In this document: positions 43,562-52,937 of the stretch, in pieces
How positions within the stretch are numbered: position 1 is the first letter of the stretch
How the letters are laid out: each line of letters opens with the position of its first letter
Source of the DNA: an uncultured delta proteobacterium
GTDB lineage: Bacteria > Desulfobacterota > Binatia > Binatales > Binataceae
Reading direction: 5' to 3'
NCBI GenBank assembly: GCA_963724765.1
Contig: CAVRVY010000001.1
Coordinates: forward strand, 864,001 to 928,000
DNA length: 64,000 nucleotides
Notes under the pieces: generated by a model
What the model saw: the letters and a program-made list of their open reading frames with translations, nothing else
What the model was told of the DNA's origin: nothing
The model's database searches: none
Translations under genes and position numbers: made by a program

Positions 43562-44071
43562 ATGGAAAATCCGAAAATGATGCGGCGCAAGACGCGCTTC
43601 GGATCGCTCGAGCACTACGAAAAAGGCGGCGTCGAGGTTATCAACGACGATCCTCGCAACTACGCCTTCTCGAACATCTTCGAGGTAGCATCGAAGTCCG
43701 AGCCCTACGAAAAAGTCGCGGTGGGCAAAAACCTCAAGTACGTGCTCGAAGCGATACGAGCCGAGGGAACCTCGCCGTGGTATACCGCCTCGCACGACGA
43801 GTCGGCGATTATCATGGACGGCGAGGTCGAGATTCGCCTCATCAAGCTCGACACTCCTGCCGTGGCCGACGAGCACGAGGGCACCACGATGCTGGAGGGA
43901 ACGCCCAAGGGCAAGCGGATGGGTTACATCGTGGCGCGGCGCGGCCATATGGCGCTGTTGCCCAAGGGTGCGGCATACCAGTTCCACGCGGCCAAACCGG
44001 GCGTAATCCTGCTCCAGGGCGTGCTCGGCGACCTCACGCTCGAGCGCTGGCGGGACATCTGTCAGAAGTAG
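43562..44071 (+). CDS. hqdA: Hydroquinone 1,2-dioxygenase small subunit (HqdA/PnpC1/HapC-like)
   Basis: T.FGSL..YEKG.VE.I.DDP..Y.FSN.FEVA..S.PYEKVAVGKNL.YV.E..RAEG.S.W....HDE, GHMALLP.GAAY.F. Confidence 0.85.
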   Translation: MENPKMMRRKTRFGSLEHYEKGGVEVINDDPRNYAFSNIFEVASKSEPYEKVAVGKNLKYVLEAIRAEGTSPWYTASHDESAIIMDGEVEIRLIKLDTPAVADEHEGTTMLEGTPKGKRMGYIVARRGHMALLPKGAAYQFHAAKPGVILLQGVLGDLTLERWRDICQK

Positions 44072-44110
44072 ATATCTGCCAAAATAGTTCCTGCGAGGGA
44101 GGACTGAGTA

Positions 44111-45100
44111 ATGGCGGCGACCAAACAGTCTACGAGAGAGTCTGATAGCCCGCTCAACGATTTTGGCTATCGGAGTTTTGCACTTGGCGGATTCAAGTTC
44201 GAGCGCGACGAGTATTTCGCGCATATCACGTGGCCCGGCGGGACTCACTCGATGCCGGTGGACCTGTTCCTGCGCGCGATGATCCGCGATCTGGCCTGGA
44301 GCTTCTTTTACGGCACCGTCAATTTCGACAACGTCTTCGGCACCACCAATCACTACGGCAACGTCGACGTCTTCGCCGGGCTCTACAACAGCGGCTACCG
44401 CAAGCAGAACCGGGAGCACGTCGAGAATTTCAGGAGCGACGAAGTAAAGGCGATGTTCGAGGCGCTGCTCGAGGACTGGACCAACGAGGGCTTCGACCCG
44501 TTCGCCGCGCCGCAGGAGACCGCCACCGCATTCGGCCCCAAGCACGGCAGCAACAGCAAGGCGATAACGCGCAAGCGCTTGACCGCCAAGCGGATGGTCG
44601 GGATGAAGGACGACATCCCGCTGCGCTCCGACGCGGGTGGCAATCCGGTCAACCGCCAGCTCGCCGACGTTGCGCAGGACCAACCCGAGGTGCACGCGGA
44701 GCCGGGCTTCGAGAACGAAGTCCACGCCTTCAATTTCTTCGGCTACGTGTCGCGCTCGGACGTCACGTGGAATCCGTCGGTATGCGCGGCGGTCAAGGAC
44801 AGCCTGATCTGCGCGACCACCGAGGAGTACATGCTTCCGGTCATCCACGGCAACGACCGCGTAGAGTGGTTCGTGCAGTTGACCGACGAAATTCAGTGGG
44901 ACGTGAGTGATCGCGACACCGGTGAGCCGCGGGCGCGGGTGGTGATGAAGGCGGGCGACGTTTCGGCCATGCCGGCCGACATCCGGCATCAAGGCTATTC
45001 GCCCAAGCGCTCGATCCTGCTGGTGTGGGAGAACAACGACGCCGCGTTGCCCGAGCTTTACGCGAAGAAGCGCCTGAAATCGAACCCGGTGGATTTCTAA
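44111..45100 (+). CDS. hqdB: Hydroquinone 1,2-dioxygenase large subunit (HqdB/PnpC2/HapD-like)
   Basis: RDEYFA...WP, AW.FFYG.VNFD.VFGT.NHYG, LPV.HGNDRVEWF.QL.DEI.W, MPADIRHQGYS.KRS.LLVWEN. Confidence 0.9.
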   Translation: MAATKQSTRESDSPLNDFGYRSFALGGFKFERDEYFAHITWPGGTHSMPVDLFLRAMIRDLAWSFFYGTVNFDNVFGTTNHYGNVDVFAGLYNSGYRKQNREHVENFRSDEVKAMFEALLEDWTNEGFDPFAAPQETATAFGPKHGSNSKAITRKRLTAKRMVGMKDDIPLRSDAGGNPVNRQLADVAQDQPEVHAEPGFENEVHAFNFFGYVSRSDVTWNPSVCAAVKDSLICATTEEYMLPVIHGNDRVEWFVQLTDEIQWDVSDRDTGEPRARVVMKAGDVSAMPADIRHQGYSPKRSILLVWENNDAALPELYAKKRLKSNPVDF

Positions 45101-45126
45101 TGAGCCTTCGTGGGTTAGCCCCTTCG

Positions 45127-45176
45127 GTCATCTTGAGCGAAGCGAGTCGGCGCGCGGAGTCGAAGGATCTCGCGCG
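45127..45176. repeat. REP-like element, copy B (left arm)
   Basis: GTCATCTTGAGCGAAGCGAGTC...GGAGTCGAAGGATCTCGCGCG. Confidence 0.7.
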
Positions 45177-45262
45177 TAGTCCATCAGCCAGGCGCGGGAC
45201 GCCGCACGGTTCGCGGCCGAAGCCCTGTTCACTATTTTATAGGGATCGGAAGTAATTAAATT

Positions 45263-46732
45263 ATGCAGCTGCAAAATAAACTATTCATCGCGGGCGAATT
45301 CGTCGATGCCGAGGCGCGCGGCAGAATCGAAGTCTTCAATCCGCACGACAACTCGAAAATCGCCGATGTGGCCGAGGCCCGCGAGGCCGATATCGACAAG
45401 GCGGTGGCGGCTGCAACCAAAGCCTTTCCCGCCTGGCGCGGGATCGCGGCGGCCGACCGCGGGCGGCTCCTGCTGAAGCTCGCCGACGCGATCGAATCGA
45501 GAGTCGAAGAGCTGGCGCACGTCGAATCGATCGACACCGGCCATCCGATCCGCGACACGCGGATGCTCGACGTGCCGCGCACCGCCGCGACCTTCCGCTA
45601 TTTCGGCGGGATGGCCGACAAACTCCAGGGACGCCTGGTGCCGGTGGATCCCGGCTTTCTCAACTACGTCGAGCACGAGCCGTTGGGCGTGGTGGGACAG
45701 GTCGTGCCGTGGAACTTTCCGATCATGTTCACGAGCTGGAAGATGGGGCCGGCGCTGGCCGCCGGCAATTGCGTGGTGATGAAGCCGGCCGAGCTGACGC
45801 CGCTCAGCTCGCTCAAGATGGCGGAGTTGATGCGCGAGGTCGGCTTTCCGCCCGGCGTGGTCAATATTCTTCCTGGCTACGGCAACATCGCTGGCCAGTA
45901 TCTCGCCGAGCATCCGCAGGTGCAGAAGATCGCGTTCACCGGATCTACCGCAACCGGACGCAGAATCGTGCAGGCTTCGTCGGGAAATCTCAAGCGCGTG
46001 CAGCTCGAGCTCGGCGGCAAGGGCGCGAACATCGTGTTCGACGACGCCGACCTCGACGCGGCGCTCAATGGCAGCGCGTTCGCGATCTTTCACAACCAGG
46101 GCCAGGCCTGTATCGCGGGCTCGCGCCTGCTGCTGCACGAAAAGATCGCGGACAAATTTCTCGACCGCTTCTTGAAACTCGCGGCGTCGATCAAGCTCGG
46201 CAATCCGCTCGATCCGCAGACCGAGATGGGGCCGCTGACTTCGCTGGCGCATCGCGATCGCGTGCTTTCCTATTGCAAGGTCGCGCGCGAGGAGGGCGGC
46301 GAAATCCTGCTCGGCGGCAAGGCGCCCGCCGACGCCGAGCTGGCGAAGGGATGTTACGTGATGCCGACCGTGGTTCGCGCGCGGCCCAAGGATCGCGTTT
46401 GCCAGGAGGAAGTCTTCGGCCCTTTCGTGACCGTCACCACGTTCAAGGATGAAGACGAAGTGATCGCCATCGCCAACGATACGGTCTATGGCCTGGGCGG
46501 CGGATTGTGGACCAGCAACCTTTCGCGCGGGCATCGCGTGGCCCGGCAGATCATCACCGGGATGGTCTGGATAAATTGCTACAAGCGCGCCAATCCAGGA
46601 TCGCCGTTTGGCGGAGTGCGCAGTTCCGGCTACGGCCGCGACCTCGGTATCGAGTCGATGGAGGAATACACCAGTCCGAAGTCGGTGTGGGTCAACGTGG
46701 ACGCGAAGCTTCCGCCGTATTATCAGCGTTGA
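45263..46732 (+). CDS. Aldehyde dehydrogenase, likely 4-hydroxymuconic semialdehyde dehydrogenase (HqdC/PnpD/HapE)
   Basis: PWNFP, FTGST, LELGGK, FHNQGQACIAGSR, EEVFGP; lies directly after the dioxygenase subunits. Confidence 0.88.
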   Translation: MQLQNKLFIAGEFVDAEARGRIEVFNPHDNSKIADVAEAREADIDKAVAAATKAFPAWRGIAAADRGRLLLKLADAIESRVEELAHVESIDTGHPIRDTRMLDVPRTAATFRYFGGMADKLQGRLVPVDPGFLNYVEHEPLGVVGQVVPWNFPIMFTSWKMGPALAAGNCVVMKPAELTPLSSLKMAELMREVGFPPGVVNILPGYGNIAGQYLAEHPQVQKIAFTGSTATGRRIVQASSGNLKRVQLELGGKGANIVFDDADLDAALNGSAFAIFHNQGQACIAGSRLLLHEKIADKFLDRFLKLAASIKLGNPLDPQTEMGPLTSLAHRDRVLSYCKVAREEGGEILLGGKAPADAELAKGCYVMPTVVRARPKDRVCQEEVFGPFVTVTTFKDEDEVIAIANDTVYGLGGGLWTSNLSRGHRVARQIITGMVWINCYKRANPGSPFGGVRSSGYGRDLGIESMEEYTSPKSVWVNVDAKLPPYYQR

Positions 46733-46742
46733 CGCGACGGCG

Positions 46743-47621
46743 ATGGCGCTGATTCTCGATCTGCGGGCGGCAATCCGCGAATTCGTCCGCGACGGCGACA
46801 TCGTTGCGATGGAGGGGTTCACCCATCTGATTCCATCGGCCGCCGGCCACGAGATCATCCGCCAGCGCCGGCGCGACCTGACGCTGGTGCGGATGACGCC
46901 CGACCTCATCTACGATCAGCTCATCGGGATGGGATGCGCGCGCAAGTTGGTGTTCTCGTGGGGCGGCAATCCGGGCGTCGGCTCGCTGCATCGGCTGCGC
47001 GACGCGATCGAGCACGGATGGCCGCGGCCGCTTGAAATCGAAGAGCACAGCCACGCCGGCATGGCGACGGCCTACGCGGCGGGCGCCGCCAATCTTCCCT
47101 TCGGCGTCCTGCGCGGTTACCTCGGCTCCGATTTGCCGAAATACAATCCGCGCGTGAAATTCATCGAGTGCCCGTTCACCGGCGAGCGGCTTGCCGCAGT
47201 GCCGGCGATTCGCCCCGACGTCGCCGTCATCCACGCGCAGCAGGCCGATCGCAAGGGCAACGTCCTGCTATGGGGCATCGTGGGAGTTCAGAAGGAAGTC
47301 GTGATGGCGGCGCGGCGCTCGATCGTCACGGTCGAAGAGATCGTTAATCGTCTCGAGGCGCGGCCGAACTCCGTGGTGTTGCCCGGATGGGTGGTCAGCG
47401 CGGTATGCGAAGTACCGGGCGGCGCATTTCCGTCCTACGCGCTCGGCTATTACGCTCGCGACAATTTCTTTTATCAGCGATGGGATGAGATCGCGCGCGA
47501 GCGCCAGGGCTTTACCGATTGGATCGAGCGCCACGTGCTCGCGACCGCGGACTTCTCGGAGTTCCGGCAAAGCCTCGCTCCGGCGGGCGGCAAGCGGCCG
47601 CATCAGACGGTCAATGGCTGA
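46743..47621 (+). CDS. pcaI: 3-oxoadipate CoA-transferase subunit A (CatI/PcaI, glutaconate CoA-transferase type)
   Basis: EGFTHLIP.AAGHEIIRQ, RMTPDLIYDQLIG.G, FSWGGNPGVGSLHRLRDA. Confidence 0.88.
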   Translation: MALILDLRAAIREFVRDGDIVAMEGFTHLIPSAAGHEIIRQRRRDLTLVRMTPDLIYDQLIGMGCARKLVFSWGGNPGVGSLHRLRDAIEHGWPRPLEIEEHSHAGMATAYAAGAANLPFGVLRGYLGSDLPKYNPRVKFIECPFTGERLAAVPAIRPDVAVIHAQQADRKGNVLLWGIVGVQKEVVMAARRSIVTVEEIVNRLEARPNSVVLPGWVVSAVCEVPGGAFPSYALGYYARDNFFYQRWDEIARERQGFTDWIERHVLATADFSEFRQSLAPAGGKRPHQTVNG

Positions 47622-48405
47622 GCCGCAATACAGCGCCGACGAGATGATGACGGTCGCGGCAGCGCGCATGCTGCGCGACAAAGTGGTGTGCTTCGTCGGC
47701 ATCGGGTTGCCGAGCGCGGCAGCCAACCTGGCCCGGCTTACCCACGCGCCCGAGGCGGTGCTGATTTACGAATCGGGCACGATCGGCGCGAAACCGAGCG
47801 TGTTGCCGCTCTCGATCGGCGACGGAGAGTTGGCCGAAACCGCCGACACCGTGGTCTCGATCACGGAGATCTTCGCTTACTGGCTACAAGGCTGCCGGGT
47901 GGACGTCGGCTTTCTCGGCGCGGCTCAGATCGATCGCTTCGCCAATCTCAACACCACCGTGGTCGGGGACTACCGCTCGCCGCGGGTGCGGCTGCCGGGC
48001 GCCGGCGGCGCAGCCGAGATCGCATGCAGCGCGCGCGAGGTCTTGATCATGCTGCGCCAGAGCAAGCGCGCCTTCGTCGCCAGGCTCGACTTCGTTACCT
48101 CGGCCGGATTTCTCGACGGCGGCGACAGCCGCGATAAGCTCGGCATGCCGGGCCACGGCCCGAGCGCCGTGATAACCGACCTCGGAATTCTCACACCCGA
48201 TCCCCAGACCAAAGAGCTTACGCTTACCAGCCTGCATTCCGGAGTCACGGTCGAGCAGGCGATCGCGGCCACTGGATGGCCACTGAGGGTCGCGGCGAAC
48301 CTCGCGCGGACCGCGCCGCCATCAGCCCCTGAACTGGCGGTGCTGCGCGATCTGAATGAGCGCACTGCGCGTGCACATGCAGGAAATGTCACGCAGGCAA
48401 AATGA
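47614..48405 (+). CDS. pcaJ: 3-oxoadipate CoA-transferase subunit B (CatJ/PcaJ)
   Basis: EMMTVAAAR, CFVGIGLPSAAANLARLTH, LIYESG, GFLGAAQIDRFANLNTT, RLPGAGGA. Confidence 0.88.
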   Translation: MAEPQYSADEMMTVAAARMLRDKVVCFVGIGLPSAAANLARLTHAPEAVLIYESGTIGAKPSVLPLSIGDGELAETADTVVSITEIFAYWLQGCRVDVGFLGAAQIDRFANLNTTVVGDYRSPRVRLPGAGGAAEIACSAREVLIMLRQSKRAFVARLDFVTSAGFLDGGDSRDKLGMPGHGPSAVITDLGILTPDPQTKELTLTSLHSGVTVEQAIAATGWPLRVAANLARTAPPSAPELAVLRDLNERTARAHAGNVTQAK

Positions 48406-48430
48406 GGCAATAGTAAGGAAGGACTGAGAA

Positions 48431-49633
48431 ATGGCCGAGGCTTTCATCTGCGATGCGGTGCGGACTCCGATCGGACGTTACGGCGGAGCGCTCTCCGGGG
48501 TAAGGACGGATGACCTCGCAGCGATCCCGATAAGGACGCTCATCGAGCGCAACGCCTCGATCGATTGGAGTCGCGTCAACGACGTCATTTTAGGCTGCGC
48601 CAACCAGGCCGGCGAAGACAATCGCAACGTCGCCCGTATGGCGGCGCTGCTGGCCGGATTGCCGGTCGACGTCAGCGGCGTCACTGTCAACCGCCTGTGC
48701 GGCTCCGGGATGGAGGCCGTGGTGCAGGCGGCCCGCGCGGTCAAGACCGGCGAGGCCGGCCTGGTGATCGCGGGCGGAGTGGAGTGCATGTCGCGCGCGC
48801 CGTTCGTGATGCCCAAGGCGACGAGCGCCTTTTCCCGCAACGCCGAGATCTACGACACGACCATCGGATGGCGCTTCGTCAATCCGCTGATGAAGAAGGC
48901 CTATGGCGTCGACTCGATGCCCGAGACCTCCGACAACGTGGCCGCGGATTTCGAAGTCTCGCGCGCCGACCAGGACGCGTTCGCCTATCGCAGCCAGATG
49001 CGCGCGAAACAGGCGCAGGTGGCGGGCCGCTTCGCCGAAGAGATCGTGCCGGTCAAGATCGCCGGGCGGTGCGAGACCGTCACGGTAAGTATCGACGAGC
49101 ACCCGCGCCCCGAAACCACGCTCGAAACGCTGGCTAGGTTGCCGGCGCTGTTTGGCCCGTCAAGCTCGGTGACCGCGGGCAATGCGTCGGGCGTCAACGA
49201 TGGCGCCGCGGCGCTCATCGTGGCTTCGGAAGCCGCCGTAAAGGAATTCGGACTGAAGCCGCAAGCGCGAGTTGTCGGCGCCGCGACCGCCGGTGTGCCG
49301 CCGCGAATAATGGGAATCGGGCCGGCGCCGGCCTCGCGCAAAGCGCTTGAGCTGACCCGTATCGCCCTTCGCGACATCGACGTGGTCGAACTCAACGAGG
49401 CGTTTGCCGCGCAGTCGCTCGCGGTCCTGCGCCAGCTCGGGCTTCCTGATGACGCCGAGCAGGTCAACCCCAACGGCGGTGCGATCGCGCTCGGCCATCC
49501 GCTGGGGATGAGCGGGGTGCGGCTGATGCTGACCGCGCTCCGCGAACTGGAGCATCGCAAGGCGCGCTACGCCCTCTGCACGATGTGTATCGGGGTGGGG
49601 CAGGGGATCGCGTCCATCATCGAACGCGTCTGA
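48431..49633 (+). CDS. pcaF: 3-oxoadipyl-CoA thiolase
   Basis: GCANQAGEDNRNVARMA, NRLCGSG, DTTIGWRFVN, NEAFA, GHPLG, CIGVGQG. Confidence 0.93.
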   Translation: MAEAFICDAVRTPIGRYGGALSGVRTDDLAAIPIRTLIERNASIDWSRVNDVILGCANQAGEDNRNVARMAALLAGLPVDVSGVTVNRLCGSGMEAVVQAARAVKTGEAGLVIAGGVECMSRAPFVMPKATSAFSRNAEIYDTTIGWRFVNPLMKKAYGVDSMPETSDNVAADFEVSRADQDAFAYRSQMRAKQAQVAGRFAEEIVPVKIAGRCETVTVSIDEHPRPETTLETLARLPALFGPSSSVTAGNASGVNDGAAALIVASEAAVKEFGLKPQARVVGAATAGVPPRIMGIGPAPASRKALELTRIALRDIDVVELNEAFAAQSLAVLRQLGLPDDAEQVNPNGGAIALGHPLGMSGVRLMLTALRELEHRKARYALCTMCIGVGQGIASIIERV

Positions 49634-49672
49634 AGTCGAAAGGCCGGCCGCCCTTGCCCGCAGCCGCAAGTT

Positions 49673-50212
49673 TCAGCGCAGTGTGCTCAGCACCTTGTCG
49701 GCCAGCACCGTGTACGCAGGGTAATTATAACCCGCGTAGCGGCTGCCGATGATTGCTCCAGCAAGCGCCACGACTGCCAGACTGAGAGCGAGCGCCGCGC
49801 CCCGCTTTGGGTTGCGCGCGACTTCCGGCTCGCTGGGGGGCGCCTTGATGAGCGGCGAGAGTTTCTCGTAAATGGACGGGTACGCATCGCACACCGCTGA
49901 GATCATTGAGGCGCTCACCTGTTTTGGATTTTCAACGCCCTCACCGGTGAAGCTGAAGATTTCGCGAAATTGTGCGAGAGTCTTGTCCGCATTCTCAGCG
50001 ACGATGTTCAGATCTTCCGGAGCCAAATGCAGCAGATTGGACTGCGCTACTTGTCGGAACAGGCTCAGGGTGCGCTCGAACTGCGGAAGACCCTTGCGAA
50101 GGATCGACCTTCGGCGGTCCGTTTGTGCCAGCTCAGCCGGCTTGAACGCCGCCAATCTCGCCAAACAGACACTAAGACGTTGGCGTGTCTCCCGCTCGAA
50201 ATTGGTGGTCAT
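49673..50212 (-). CDS. Hypothetical protein with C-terminal TM anchor
   Basis: 179 aa ORF filling the gap; hydrophobic LALSLAVVALAGAIIG near the C-terminus; GGGAG upstream. Confidence 0.6.
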   Translation of the reverse strand: MTTNFERETRQRLSVCLARLAAFKPAELAQTDRRRSILRKGLPQFERTLSLFRQVAQSNLLHLAPEDLNIVAENADKTLAQFREIFSFTGEGVENPKQVSASMISAVCDAYPSIYEKLSPLIKAPPSEPEVARNPKRGAALALSLAVVALAGAIIGSRYAGYNYPAYTVLADKVLSTLR

Positions 50213-50450
50213 CGTCGATCAGCTCCCGTTCGAATGATGAGCGAAGCTCAGCGATCGGTTCTTAGCATGACAATTTCTGCGAATATAGTCCTGTCTCTTG
50301 CTAAACCAGTCGTACCTTGTAGTAAAAGCGATTCGCTTAATAGAGCGCAAATAAACATTGAAATGACGCAAGAATGGGGTGAGCGGCGAGCCAAGACGTG
50401 CCGGGTGCGTGACGAGTTCCGAAAAAGCTGCGATTGAGGATGGCGGCGCG

Positions 50451-51680
50451 CTAGATCTCGTTGGCGCGCGCGATACGGCCCAGCCATTCGGCGCTCGGCT
50501 TGACCCTGCGGCGTTGCGTTTCACGGTCGACTGCGATCAGGCCGAATTTTGGATGGTAGCCGAATAACCATTCGAAGTTGTCGAGCGTGGACCAGTAGAA
50601 GTACCCCCGCACGTCGATCTTGTCGCTGACGCATCGCGCGATCCCCGCCAGCGCGCGTTTGACGAAGGCGATTCTTCGCGTGTCGTCGTCGGTGGCGACG
50701 CCGTTTTCGGTTACGATAACGGGCAACTGAGTATTGGCGCTCGCATAGCGGATTGCCGCCTCGAGCGCTTCGGGCCAAAACTCGTAGCCCATCTGGGTGA
50801 ATTCGACTCCCGCTTCCGGGGGCAACATGCCGTGCGGGCCGTAGCGCTGGCGCGCATAGCACTGCACGCCGATAAAGTCGTCATGCCGCGCGGCCTCGAG
50901 GAATATATCCTCGGCGTCGTGACGGTCGTGGTCGCGAAGATGCTCGCCGCTCGCCACCGCTTGCATGTCTCTCATCGCGAGCGTCATCCCGATCGGGAAC
51001 TTGCCGGGGCCCGCGCGCAACGCCTGAACGCCCAGGCGATGAGCCTCCAGCAACACGTCGCGCGACCGCGCACGCACGCAAAACGGAAAGCTTGAAAACA
51101 TCTTCGGCTCGACGCCCATCGCGCGGGCCGCCGCCGCCCGCATCGGGGAGCGCAGAACTGTCTCGTCACTATGAAGGATTCCCGTCTGATGCAGGTAAAC
51201 TCCGAGGTTGAGTTCGTTGATGGTGCAGGCCAGGTCCACGAGATCGCCAAGGTGGCCGATGGCGCGTTCGCAAAAGCGCGCGAACAAGCGCGCGGTCTCG
51301 CGCGATTCCCACCCGCCGCGCGCCGCCAGCCATCGCGGCGAGGTAAAATGATGCAGCGTCACGATAGCCTTGAGCCCGTTTTGCTGGCAGGCCGCCAGCA
51401 TCCGCCGATAGTGCTCGAGTTGCGCGAGCGAAAACTCACCCTGTTCGGGTTCGATCCGCGCCCATTCGATCGAGAAGCGGTACGCGTTGAAGCCGAGCGT
51501 CGCGAGCAGTGCCATATCGTCCGCGTAGCGATGGTAGTGATCGCAGGCGTCGCCTGAGGATTCGGTATAGATGGTGCTGTCGAGATGCTCGAGCAGCCAC
51601 GAATCGCAGTTTATATTGCCGCCCTCGACCTGATGCGCCGCGGTCGCCGTGCCCCAGAGAAACCCGCTCGGAAACTTCAT
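50451..51680 (-). CDS. Glycoside hydrolase family 1 beta-glycosidase
   Basis: FLWGTATAAHQVEG, YRFSIEWARIEP, TINE (acid/base), TENG (nucleophile), DNFEW. Confidence 0.95.
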   Translation of the reverse strand: MKFPSGFLWGTATAAHQVEGGNINCDSWLLEHLDSTIYTESSGDACDHYHRYADDMALLATLGFNAYRFSIEWARIEPEQGEFSLAQLEHYRRMLAACQQNGLKAIVTLHHFTSPRWLAARGGWESRETARLFARFCERAIGHLGDLVDLACTINELNLGVYLHQTGILHSDETVLRSPMRAAAARAMGVEPKMFSSFPFCVRARSRDVLLEAHRLGVQALRAGPGKFPIGMTLAMRDMQAVASGEHLRDHDRHDAEDIFLEAARHDDFIGVQCYARQRYGPHGMLPPEAGVEFTQMGYEFWPEALEAAIRYASANTQLPVIVTENGVATDDDTRRIAFVKRALAGIARCVSDKIDVRGYFYWSTLDNFEWLFGYHPKFGLIAVDRETQRRRVKPSAEWLGRIARANEI

Positions 51681-51710
51681 CGTTGTGGCGCCCTCCCAGG
51701 CGCCTTCTTA

Positions 51711-52937
51711 TCAGGCCAGCGCGCGAAATGCAGCGGTCTCGGATTCACCGGGCGCCGCATCGATGAGCGCTTCGAGCAGGTCGGGAATTTCAAACACTGC
51801 GCGGTTGTTGAGCGCGCCGGCGCGCGAGCGAAAGTGCACGAGGCGCTGCGGGTCGAGCATCTGCTTGAATCCGGCCACGATGTCGTTGAACGAGCGCAGC
51901 ACCACTCCAAGCTGGTGCCGCTCGATCCACTCGGTATTATAACGCTCCTGCACCATGGTCCGGACGTTGCGCTCGACGATCACCGGCAGGTTCATCACCA
52001 GCGCCTCGCTCAGGCTGCCGGGGCCGGGCTTGCCGACGAAGTAGTCACTCAAGTGCATAAGCCGGGGTATGTCTCGCGTGAAGCCCTCGACGTGACACGG
52101 GAACGGCAGCTTCATCGCCAAAAGCTGCTCACGCAGCCGCTGATTATGACCGCACAAAAAGATCAGCTGAGTCTTCACCGCGGCCTCGGCCACGCGCCGC
52201 GCGATCGTCAACATCCGGCGCGAGCCGAATCCTCCGAACATCACCAGGCCGGTGGGGAGATCGGGACGCAATCCGAGCCGGCGGCGTTCCTCTTCGCGGC
52301 TGATATCCAGTCGGCAATAAAACTCGGGCCGCACGATCATCCCCGACGTGCGGATCACGCGTCCGGGCGGATAGCCCATCGCCAGCGCCTGCCCGGCCGC
52401 CTTTGCGGTGCCGCAGATGAGGTATTGCTTTTGACGCTCGATCCAGAAATGCGGAGGACAGTCGGCGAAGTCGGTGAGAATAGTGACCATCGGCGTGGGC
52501 GGTCGGCGACGCTCGCGATTCGCGAGGCGCAGACCCTCGAAGATCGCGCGGTTGAAATTAGGTATCAGCGATACCACCAAGTCGGGGCGCCTCTGCTGCC
52601 AGTAGCCGGACAACAGCGCCACATTGCGCGGATGCATCCGCCGAATCAGAAACTGGACCGCGCGCAGCATCGGCCCGGTCCCGATAGTCAGTCCGTACTT
52701 GAGCATCCGATTGTACAAATCCTCGACCCGGACGCCAGTCAGGCGATGGAAGATGTCGATCGGTTCCAGGATGTCGCGCAGATTAATCATCCGGATCTGC
52801 CAACCGCGCTGTTGCTGGTCGGCGAGCGCCTTCAGGGCGGTTGCAGAGGCGCGATGGCCGCCGCCAGCGTCGAAGAAGATTAGATCGATTTGCGAAGCGC
52901 GCAGCGCAGTCGTCGGTAAAGCGCGCGCGATGTTCAT
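51711..52937 (-). CDS. MGDG-synthase/UgtP-like diacylglycerol glycosyltransferase (GT28)
   Basis: DAGGGHRASA, PDLVVS, T.LTD, CG.N, GKPGPGSLSEAL, QERYN. Confidence 0.85.
   Translation of the reverse strand: MNIARALPTTALRASQIDLIFFDAGGGHRASATALKALADQQQRGWQIRMINLRDILEPIDIFHRLTGVRVEDLYNRMLKYGLTIGTGPMLRAVQFLIRRMHPRNVALLSGYWQQRRPDLVVSLIPNFNRAIFEGLRLANRERRRPPTPMVTILTDFADCPPHFWIERQKQYLICGTAKAAGQALAMGYPPGRVIRTSGMIVRPEFYCRLDISREEERRRLGLRPDLPTGLVMFGGFGSRRMLTIARRVAEAAVKTQLIFLCGHNQRLREQLLAMKLPFPCHVEGFTRDIPRLMHLSDYFVGKPGPGSLSEALVMNLPVIVERNVRTMVQERYNTEWIERHQLGVVLRSFNDIVAGFKQMLDPQRLVHFRSRAGALNNRAVFEIPDLLEALIDAAPGESETAAFRALA

Noticed and set aside
43493-46909. Long minus-strand ORFs 43493..44992 and 45281..46909
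   Set aside because: Antisense shadows of the dioxygenase and ALDH genes.
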